Source of the DNA: Candidatus Latescibacterota bacterium
Lineage (GTDB): Bacteria > Latescibacterota > UBA2968
Direction: 5' to 3'
NCBI GenBank assembly: GCA_965116885.1
Contig: OZ220741.1
Coordinates: 4,480,001-4,544,000, forward strand
Length of the DNA: 64,000 nucleotides
The notes beneath the pieces are model-generated. The model was not told the DNA's origin. It did not search any database and worked only from the letters and a program-made list of their open reading frames with translations. The position numbers were made by a program, and so were the translations under genes. Each line of letters starts with the position of its first letter. Positions within the stretch are counted from its first letter, which is position 1. Shown here piece after piece: positions 9,846 to 18,400 of the stretch.

Positions 9846-10615
9846 TGCGAATGGCTTTCTGGTTGCCCGTCGTGTCGCTGTGGCGGCGCGAGTTGGTGCG
9901 CTTTGCTCGAGACCGCAATCGATTATTCGGTGCAATAGGCCAGCCTCTCGTGTTCTGGTTGCTATTGGGCGCTGGTTTTGAAAAGTCTTTCGCGCCCCAG
10001 GGGATTGCCAGTGGATATCTGGAATATATTTATCCGGGAATATTGTTGCTGATTCTATTATTTACAGCGATCTTTTCGACCATTTCTGTAATTGAAGACC
10101 GGCGCGAAGGATTTATGCAATCGGTGCTGGTCGCACCTGTATCGCGGATCGGATTGGTTCTCGGCAAGGTCCTGGGCGGGGGAACCCTGGCATTTTTGGA
10201 AAGCCTGATATTTCTGATATTTCTGGTATTTTTGGATATTCCCATCAGCATTGCGTCTTTGGGCCTGACCCTCATTTTTTTAGCTGTAATGGGCATTGCC
10301 CTCACAGCTTTGGGATTTGCGATAGCCTGGCAGGCTTCATCCACTGCGGGATTTCACGCGGTAATGAATTTGCTTTTATTCCCTATGTGGGTACTATCCG
10401 GCGCATTTTTTCCCGCAGAAGGCGCGGCGCGCTGGCTGGCATATCTGATGGCAATAAATCCATTGACTTATGGTATGGATGGTTTACGCCAATCTCTTTA
10501 TCTAACAACATCCGGTACCAATACCCATTTGTGGTTTTGTGTTATAATAAGTGTGGCATTTGCTGCCCTGACCCTCAGTGCAGCCGTATGGCAGGTATAT
10601 CGGAAAGAGAAATAA
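9845..10615 (+). CDS. ABC-2 type exporter permease
   Basis: DRREGFMQSVLVAPVSR, LSGAFFP, NPLTYG; 6 TM segments. Confidence 0.92.
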   Translation: MRMAFWLPVVSLWRRELVRFARDRNRLFGAIGQPLVFWLLLGAGFEKSFAPQGIASGYLEYIYPGILLLILLFTAIFSTISVIEDRREGFMQSVLVAPVSRIGLVLGKVLGGGTLAFLESLIFLIFLVFLDIPISIASLGLTLIFLAVMGIALTALGFAIAWQASSTAGFHAVMNLLLFPMWVLSGAFFPAEGAARWLAYLMAINPLTYGMDGLRQSLYLTTSGTNTHLWFCVIISVAFAALTLSAAVWQVYRKEK

Positions 10616-10714
10616 GTGAGGACTGGGAGAACTTCACAAATTTCTGGAACAGATACTTTATTTAGTTGTTGGATATTGTATTGACAAAATGAATCCTTTG
10701 CGTATGGTCTTGCC

Positions 10715-11449
10715 ATGCAAAAACTAACGCATCTATTATTTTTTACCTGTGTCTGTATGTCCTGCCTTGGTGGCTGTAGCTTACTCGACCGTCAACAAGG
10801 TCCCAAATTACTGGATTTGCGTACAGATCGCGGGTCCGACCCATCAGTGGGACGCGGGCAGGAAGTGCAAATTACCATCGTGACGGATGATCCAGACAAT
10901 GATGAGTTGGATTTTCGCTGGATTGCTACCGGAGGAGAATTTGCTGCCAGCCGTGCGGATACACTGATTGATCTGTTTCAAGATTCGATTACAGTAGTAT
11001 GGAAAGCACCTATCGAACCCGGCGTTTATGAGTTATTTTTAGAATTTGGGGACGGCCAATCTGAGACACTGGTGACCTCAGGGGTGCGTATTGCCGTAAC
11101 ACAAGCCCCCCCTATTGCTCTTGTCGGTCCAGATCGGGAATTAGATTTTCACGACGCGCTGCGCGTGGTCTTAGATGGCACTGGTAGTTCGGACCCAGAC
11201 CAGGACGCGCTGATGTATTTTTGGAAGCAGATCGCAGGACCGCGTGTGGGATTGCAAAATAGCAGTGGCCCATCTCCCGAGTTTCCGGTGCCTGCACCGG
11301 CGGACTACATTTTTGAATTGCGCGTAGCGGACTTGATACAAGGTGTGGGCGATACGAGCAATGTGGCAGTAACGCGTGTTCGCGTAACAGACCGCGGTGG
11401 GCGTGTGACCGAAACAGGCCTGACTCAGTTATTGGAGCGCGGGCAGTAA
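10715..11449 (+). CDS. Lipoprotein with Ig/PKD-like domains
   Basis: Lipobox LGGC; DDPDNDELDFRW and LDGTGSSDPDQDALMYFWKQIAGP; TTGACA at 10681. Confidence 0.7.
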   Translation: MQKLTHLLFFTCVCMSCLGGCSLLDRQQGPKLLDLRTDRGSDPSVGRGQEVQITIVTDDPDNDELDFRWIATGGEFAASRADTLIDLFQDSITVVWKAPIEPGVYELFLEFGDGQSETLVTSGVRIAVTQAPPIALVGPDRELDFHDALRVVLDGTGSSDPDQDALMYFWKQIAGPRVGLQNSSGPSPEFPVPAPADYIFELRVADLIQGVGDTSNVAVTRVRVTDRGGRVTETGLTQLLERGQ

Positions 11450-11482
11450 AAGAAAGCGCGAGCCTCTATCTCTACAGGGATT

Positions 11483-11512
11483 AAAGAGCAGGTAATTACC
11501 TGCTCTTTTTTA
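11483..11512. terminator. Bidirectional intrinsic terminator
   Basis: Palindrome AAAGAGCAGGT-AATT-ACCTGCTCTTT plus T tail between convergent genes. Confidence 0.85.
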
Positions 11513-11513
11513 T

Positions 11514-13640
11514 TTAAAACAGACGGAGTTGATCGCGTGCGATGGGTTGGATCAGGGGAAACAGACGGCGAAATTCGCCATCGGGAAATAGAACGCGAAA
11601 ACGCTCGGCCATATCGTGCAATCTGCGCAGTAAATAGCCCCGATCTTCGTCGTGAGTAAAAAATTCCGCGCGGGAAAGGGAGCCATCCTGACACTGGTAA
11701 ACCGCGATCCGATCGCCAATACGACAGCCTTTGGCAGCCGTGGCAAGCCGGCTCAAGTTCGGGTTTGAAAAGGTTTTTTTAGTAATGCGCTCAAACCGAC
11801 AAAAATCATCGGGATCAATCTTGCCGTCTTGTAACTTGCGCCCAAGGGATAGATATGCTCGATAAACAGCTTCTGTATCGCCATTGACGAGCAAGGGTGC
11901 GATCTGTGCAATAAATTGGCGAAAAATGCGTTCATCGCGACGGCTTCGCAGGCTACTGCCCACAAGCGATACACCGCCGTTGTAATTGACGAGAATATAA
12001 TTTTTTGCCTTGAGACTGATCATCCCCTTAAAGCGACCATCGTGCGAAAGATGAATGCCGCGGGGCAAAGTAGCTGAAATCTCTTCAATGAGCTGTTTCT
12101 CATCGGCCTCTGTTTTGACATGCGGGGGCGCGACAAAGTAAGCCCCATCGGTATCCACTTCTATAATTTCCCCACCGGCATCGCGCAACTCAGACACGAG
12201 TTGGCGGGCGATTTTCTGGCCGATTACAGTAACTTTTTCCGCGGCGTGGTAGTCATTAAAACACGCGCGTCCGTATCCCAGATATCCGTAAAAAGAATTG
12301 ATGAGAATTTTGTAGCTGCCCTGCAACCCATTCCAGTATGCGCGATCGGTTTCGTCACGCGCGCCTTGAAAATTGGTCTTGGCCTCAAGGCGTCGCTGCG
12401 TGAGATGTTCGAGCATGGGCAAAAAAGCATTTTCAGTGTCAGTCGCCGGGCGGATCTGTTGGGTTAACATAATCGATGGATAAAGACTTTCCACATCGGC
12501 TTTGACCACGCGCTTAAAAATGCCCGAAGCCACGAGTCGCGTATAGCCTCCGCTAAAGCCCTTTGAGGGGCGCGGTTTGGGAATGGCGAGATTGCGCCGC
12601 AAATAAAGCCCAACCATCAGGGCGTTGATTTTCTCTCCTGGCCCGCTGAGTGCGGCGTCTTGAAAGCCATAAGGCAAGATCTGTGTCTGATAAAATTCGG
12701 TGGGAACGACCACCTCGCTTAGTGCTTTGACATCGCGCACATCGTCGAGCGCGTAGTTGATGAGACGTTGCGGATTGGTGCGCCATGTGCGGGCAATATC
12801 TTCTCCATCGACAAACGTGCGCCCCGCCCGTTCAAGCCCGAGTGCGTGGATGACCTGCTTGAGGCCATAGCGCTCCAGCTTACCCCCGGTATCGTAACGC
12901 TGCACTTGCTGTAGAGTATCGATAATATGTCGCCCATGGACATAAGCCGGGCGAAAGCCCGGGATTTGTGCCCCAACTTTGAAGACGCGCTGTCCATGCC
13001 CCGCGCGCAATGCCGACCCGTCTCTCCCCCATGTGAGGGCAATACCATAGTGCTGGGCACGCGCGACGAGATAGGGCAAATCAAACTCAAAAATATTGTG
13101 TCCTTCAATCGTATCGGGGTTGCGCGCATCAATTACTTTGTTGAGGTTGCGGAGCAGATCTGCCTCACTCATATCCGTAGCACTCAATACAGTCTCATAT
13201 CCCTGAGAATCGGAAACTGAGATGAGAATGATTTGTGCATCGGGTGCCGCAGGATTGAGCGTGAGGGTCTCGATATCGAGTTGTAAGCGGTGGAGATCAC
13301 CGTAGCGCATCTCTCGAAAGAGGGTTTGTCCCGAAAGCGTCAGATGCTGCCGCACGGGATTGTTGAAGTTAAAATGCGGTATGCCATCCTGGGCGAGGCG
13401 GTCTCGTGCTGCGAGAAAATGGGACCAATTGTGGAAGTGTATCCGCGCGCGAAATTCGCCGCCTCCTTTGAGACGCACGCAATCCGAAACCCCGACAAGG
13501 CCAGACCGAGCGGACTCTTCGGGTGTCTCAACGAGCAACCACGGGGCAAAGGGTTGCAGGTGGCAATTATCGCGCGTGTAGAGCGCCATCTGGGTTCCGC
13601 CGACAAGTTCGGCAGCGAGAACACCGGGGAGATAAGCCAT
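11514..13640 (-). CDS. polB: Family B DNA polymerase with 3'-5' exonuclease
   Basis: ExoI DIET, ExoII HNIFEFDLPY, ExoIII YALDD; DVESLYPS, KILINSFYG, DTDG; C-terminal QLRLF. Confidence 0.92.
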   Translation of the reverse strand: MAYLPGVLAAELVGGTQMALYTRDNCHLQPFAPWLLVETPEESARSGLVGVSDCVRLKGGGEFRARIHFHNWSHFLAARDRLAQDGIPHFNFNNPVRQHLTLSGQTLFREMRYGDLHRLQLDIETLTLNPAAPDAQIILISVSDSQGYETVLSATDMSEADLLRNLNKVIDARNPDTIEGHNIFEFDLPYLVARAQHYGIALTWGRDGSALRAGHGQRVFKVGAQIPGFRPAYVHGRHIIDTLQQVQRYDTGGKLERYGLKQVIHALGLERAGRTFVDGEDIARTWRTNPQRLINYALDDVRDVKALSEVVVPTEFYQTQILPYGFQDAALSGPGEKINALMVGLYLRRNLAIPKPRPSKGFSGGYTRLVASGIFKRVVKADVESLYPSIMLTQQIRPATDTENAFLPMLEHLTQRRLEAKTNFQGARDETDRAYWNGLQGSYKILINSFYGYLGYGRACFNDYHAAEKVTVIGQKIARQLVSELRDAGGEIIEVDTDGAYFVAPPHVKTEADEKQLIEEISATLPRGIHLSHDGRFKGMISLKAKNYILVNYNGGVSLVGSSLRSRRDERIFRQFIAQIAPLLVNGDTEAVYRAYLSLGRKLQDGKIDPDDFCRFERITKKTFSNPNLSRLATAAKGCRIGDRIAVYQCQDGSLSRAEFFTHDEDRGYLLRRLHDMAERFRVLFPDGEFRRLFPLIQPIARDQLRLF

Positions 13641-13687
13641 TGTGTTGCTCCAATTTGTTGCGGGAGAAGGGGAAAGCAACTTGTTTT

Positions 13688-13716
13688 AATATAGCCAATT
13701 TTTACCCGCTCTGCAA
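13688..13716 (-). promoter_or_regulatory. Putative polB promoter
   Basis: TTGCAG-17 nt-TATATT on the minus strand. Confidence 0.45.
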
Positions 13717-13765
13717 TGTGGGGAGTTCTAAACCACGCAATCGCATATTCTGCCAGACCTTTTGA

Positions 13766-13794
13766 TTGACGTATAAATCTGTGAAGGCTATGTT
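13766..13794 (+). promoter_or_regulatory. Sigma70-type promoter for the TlpA lipoprotein
   Basis: TTGACG-17 nt-TATGTT. Confidence 0.55.
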
Positions 13795-13848
13795 ATATGG
13801 AACCTGGAAGACGCTATTGCGTAAAAAGTCCAGAAAAGGAGATTTCCC

Positions 13849-14820
13849 ATGAATAATATACTGTTCAACATCGCGGTGATGTTTATTGCAGGAACAGTGG
13901 CTATTGGCTGTAGTGCTAATAACCAAACACCTGCTGATCAAACCAAAGGTGGCATTACTATAACCGATACCAGCAAAGTGTCGGGCACGATCGTGCAGAT
14001 GAGCGATGGGCGCACAATCGCAATACGTAACCCTGGTCAAGCTCAGGTCCTGGTAATTGAAGGCCGCGACGTAACGCCGAATTCTGCTCCCCTGGGCGAT
14101 GCGCGAATAACCGGTGTTGCGACTCACAACGGACAGCCTGTTTCAGATGTTTATGTAAGTAGCCATATTTTAGCAGATGATCCTGATAATTTTGTTTCAC
14201 TAACCGGCGCTAAAACAGACAAAGAGGGACGGTTTGAGTTGCGCGATCTCCCTTCTGCGCTCATTTCCATCAGGTTTTACAAAATGTCCCCTTCCGGTTC
14301 TGGTGGAAAACGCTGCAAAATCGATACGGTCGATCTGACAAATAAAAAAGAATTGAGTTATATGGCGGAATTGGAAATGGAGGAACGCGCGACTTTGAGC
14401 GTGGGAGATATAGCCCCAGAATTTGAGGCCCAGCGACTGGATGACTCAACCTTCCGACTCGCAGATTATCGAGGCAAAAAAGCCGTGTTAATCGACTTTT
14501 GGGCAACGTGGTGTGGCCCGTGCATTGATGAAATTCCAATGATTAAAAGCATTGCCGAAACATATCGAGATCAGGGCCTGGAAGTCGTGGGCGTGAGTTT
14601 GGATTACGATGAGCAGGCACTGCGAGATTTTGTGAAAGAAGAAAAGCTGAGCTATGTGCAGGTATTTGACAAAGAAAAGGCGCAGACAATTTCAAAATCC
14701 TACGGTGTATGGGGAATTCCGTCGGTATTTCTTGTAGATAAAAATGGCGTCATTAACGCGATGAAGTTGCGCGGAAATCGCACAAAAGAGGCTGTGAAGA
14801 AGTTATTAGATGCAAACTAA
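13849..14820 (+). CDS. Lipoprotein with carboxypeptidase-regulatory-like domain and TlpA-family thioredoxin domain
   Basis: Lipobox AIGC; APEF...LIDFWATWCGPC...GIPSVFLVDKNG. Confidence 0.88.
   Translation: MNNILFNIAVMFIAGTVAIGCSANNQTPADQTKGGITITDTSKVSGTIVQMSDGRTIAIRNPGQAQVLVIEGRDVTPNSAPLGDARITGVATHNGQPVSDVYVSSHILADDPDNFVSLTGAKTDKEGRFELRDLPSALISIRFYKMSPSGSGGKRCKIDTVDLTNKKELSYMAELEMEERATLSVGDIAPEFEAQRLDDSTFRLADYRGKKAVLIDFWATWCGPCIDEIPMIKSIAETYRDQGLEVVGVSLDYDEQALRDFVKEEKLSYVQVFDKEKAQTISKSYGVWGIPSVFLVDKNGVINAMKLRGNRTKEAVKKLLDAN
14097..14810 (+). repeat. Copy 1 of a long diverged direct repeat (partner at 18741-19490)
   Basis: cgatgcgcgaataaccggtgttgc shared; 14401-14810 is colinear with 19081-19490 at a constant 4680-nt offset. 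Confidence 0.9.
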
Positions 14821-14856
14821 ATCTCCTGCTTCATTTTAAACTTCTAATACCCATTC

Positions 14857-14886
14857 AACCGCCCGGTAACAACGGGCGGTTTTTTA
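14857..14886 (+). terminator. Intrinsic terminator after the TlpA lipoprotein
   Basis: AACCGCCCG-GTAACAA-CGGGCGGTT-TTTT. Confidence 0.88.
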
Positions 14887-14911
14887 TACCTGCTGAATAT
14901 TTGAAAATTAT

Positions 14912-14994
14912 TGCTAATTATTTCGCTATTTGGACTTGACAATGGATTTTTAATCGGCTATTTTTCTGAAAACTGATATGCTAATTATTTCGCA
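14912..14994 (+). promoter_or_regulatory. blaI promoter (TTGACA-17-TATTTT, 14936-14964) flanked by two operator boxes
   Basis: Exact 15-nt repeat TGCTAATTATTTCGC at 14912 and 14979, itself a quasi-palindrome. Confidence 0.8.
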
Positions 14995-15028
14995 CAGTAT
15001 CATTCAGAGAAATAAAAAGGAGCTAAAA

Positions 15029-15412
15029 ATGGCAAGACTGCGACAAGAGGGATTGACTACCCGTGAAATAGAACTCATACAGGTACTCTGGCAACAGAAA
15101 GAAGCTACAGTCGAGATGATCCAGGCAAAATTACCCAACCGGTTAGAAGGCTCCACTATTCGCACACTCCTGCAAATCATGGAAGACAAAGGCTATGTGA
15201 CGCATGAAAAGCAAGGACGCGCCAATGTGTATCGCCCCGTGATCGAACAGCAAAGCGTCCAATCCTCTGCAATGAAACACATCATTCAAAAACTATTTGG
15301 CGGTTCAACCGAACTCTTACTGGCGCGGCTGGTTGAAGACGAAGAGATAGACATGGACGACGTAGCGCGATTGCGTGAGAAACTCAAGCAACGCAAAGGA
15401 GGCACATCATGA
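15029..15412 (+). CDS. BlaI/MecI/CopY family repressor
   Basis: LTTREIELIQVLW, STIRTLLQIMEDKGYV, KLFGGS; AAGGAG RBS. Confidence 0.93.
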   Translation: MARLRQEGLTTREIELIQVLWQQKEATVEMIQAKLPNRLEGSTIRTLLQIMEDKGYVTHEKQGRANVYRPVIEQQSVQSSAMKHIIQKLFGGSTELLLARLVEDEEIDMDDVARLREKLKQRKGGTS

Positions 15413-18400
15413 TCGACACAGCTATACTGGACCCCATTACCCTATTTCTCCTCGATGCGACTATCAAGACCACCCTCTTTATGGGTCTTGTCCTGTGTGT
15501 CGTATGGCTCCTGGGTACGCGCCAAGCGGCCAAACGCAGTTTGCTTTTGAGCTGGTGTCTTGTCGGCGTACTGATCATTCCTATCGCGTCATTGTGCATG
15601 CCTTCACTGCGATTTCAATTTCATGCGCCATCGCCCTCTTCAGAACCAACTCCTTCGACTGCCCAACCTGCTATTGTGCCCGATACACCTCTGGTGAAAT
15701 CCACACCTGCATTGCAGCAAAGAGTACCTGACAAGGCTCTGTCTCAGAACATTGAATTGTCTCAAGACTTCGCATCTCCCCCACCTGCACAGATTGTTTT
15801 TGAAAAAAATGCTGAGACAGAATCGGTCAATTGGACGACCTACATACTGAACAAAATCACTTCAGCGCATGCTTTGTATGGTGTAATGGCAGTCTATGTT
15901 ATTGGTGTGTTGATTTTACTAATTCGTATAATCTATTCCCTAATAATAGTTTGCACGTTTCGCCGATCTCTATCGCCCTGTGAAGATGAACAGCTACAGC
16001 ATGATTTGCAGATCCTGAAAAAACAACTGGGTATTCGACGATCTGTAGCACTCTCTATCAGTGACAAAATTAGCAGTCCAACCCAAGTCGGGCTCCTGAA
16101 ACCCATAGTCGTATTGCCCGCGCCTATGGTCGAATCGCGCGACCAGTTGGAATCGATTTTGATTCACGAACTCATTCATGTCAAACGATGGGATTGCCTG
16201 TATCGTCTGTTGGCAATGGTAGGCCTGGCGTTTTACTGGTTCAATCCCCTATACCACCGCGTCAAACATCTGCTTTTTGAAGTGCAAGAACAAGCCTGTG
16301 ATGATTGGACCGTGACAACAACAGGCAATTCTGAAAGCTACGCGGACACGCTTCTCAATGTGGCGACCCAACTACGTCCTCGTCCTGCGATGGTTCTGGG
16401 CATGGACATGGCGCGACCCACTCAGGTCATGGAGCGGGTCAATCGCATTATCACCCTGGGCGGCCATGTGTCTCCGCGCGTTGGTCGCGTATCGGCACTG
16501 GTGTTGGCAGTGGTATTTATCGGCGGGGCAACGACCATCGGCAGCCTGACCACTGCGAAGTTCGATAACAATGACAAAAAAATTGTGTTTGAAGATGGTG
16601 TTGCCGTAACCGATACCAGCGACGTATCGCAGCGAACGCTACCAATGAAAATGCGCGATGGTCGCCTGTGGTGGCGTGGCGAGAATGGCCTCTATCTGCA
16701 AGATGAGGACTCGTGGCAAAAGTTCACACTGCCAGAGGGTGGAGCATTTACGAGCATCAGAGCCTTCAAACAAGCTCGCAATAACTCAATATGGTTTGCT
16801 GGCATATATAAAAGTCGCCCGGTTATCGCGAACTTCGACGGAAAAACCTGGCGGATATGGGATTCAAAAACAACGGGCCTGGGAAAAATCACTGTTGGAT
16901 ATAAGTTTGCCGAAGATGATGATGGCGGTATCTGGATTGCTCAGGGCCACGAAAAAAGTGTTAGAACACGCGGTGGCAATGACCGTGTCCAGGGCGGAAA
17001 CGGGATTTTGCACTTTGATGGCGAAACATGGCACAACTATACTGTGGAAGATGGACTGATTCACAATCGGGTTTACAATGTAGAAGCCGATCCCAAAGGC
17101 GGCGTGTGGATCGCTACCTATCGCGGATTGAGCCATTACAAAGATGGGAAATGGACCTCTCATATTGTCGATAGCGTGCCCGTAGAAGGCGTGCGCAATG
17201 GCAATATATACGAGGGTCGCAAGACCTATAAGCTATTTTATGATCGAGAAGGCACGCTTTGGGCTACACGTGGATCGCTTTTCGGGCGCACCATAATGCG
17301 AAGCCGACCAACACTATCGAGCTTTGATGGCGAAACCTGGACACACTACGATGCCCATGTTGGATTGCCCATTCGCGCTTCTCGATATATCTGGCAAACG
17401 GAAAACGGCGATTTGTGGTTTGGTACACATCGAGATGACCAGAGAGATGTAGAGGCAAAAGGTCTGGTGCGTTATAAAGATGGAATGTGGCTGCGATTGA
17501 CGCGCAAACACGGCATTCCCGGCGATTTTGTATGGGGCCTGGTTGAAAAAGGCGATGGATCTTTTTATCTCGGTGTTTCCAGTATTATACCAGCCGGAAC
17601 GAGTATGTCAACAATATGGAAACTTTCAGGTACTGCATCGTATCGTCCCCCCACTGATCACCTGACAACAGTTTCGGGCAAGGTCATAGATCAGCGCGAT
17701 GGTAAACCCGTAGCAAATATGGGAATATGGGTTGAATACGGCGATGGCGAGGTACATGCGGGAACCACGACTGACGAAAATGGCCGCTACCGCGTCGAAG
17801 TCACACCTGGTGTATATCGCGTGCGAATCGCATCTAAGAATGCGGCTGAGCCCGTGAGTGTTGACGCCGAATCTGAGCGCGAAATCGATAAGGTTGATCT
17901 CCTCCTGCTCAACGCACGCCGCATATCCGGTCGCGTACTCGACACCTCTAATAATCCGGTTGCCAATGCAGTCGTGGTGATTTCTGATGATTCTTCAGAA
18001 GACCAACGGTTGTCCCCTCAAGTAGTCACAACAGATGCCGACGGAAAATTTGAAGGCTATCAGGTCGCAGGGCCACAAGCTACTTTTGACATCGCCGCAG
18101 AGGAGTATGCCCAAACCACAAGGGAAGTTAAAAATGCCATTGAAGGCCAGGTGGTAATTAATCTAAAAAAAGGAATGACACTGCGCGGGCGCGTTGTGGA
18201 TGATTTGGGCAACCCCATTGCTTGGGCGCGCATTGGCCTCGGTCCCGCACCCGATCCTACTGGGAAGAAAGTATATTTACTGCCCCCGTTGCCCTTTCAA
18301 CGCAACACTTATACGGATGCATCGGGTTTGTTCACTTTGAATGACGTAGAAGGCGGCCATATCTGGATAAATCATCCTGAGATTGGGATCGTGAGTCAAG

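Noticed and set aside
11514..13640. PolB as marker of a prophage, pipolin or casposon
   Set aside because: No integrase, Cas1, terminal repeats or phage genes nearby; it has a host clamp motif and ordinary flanks
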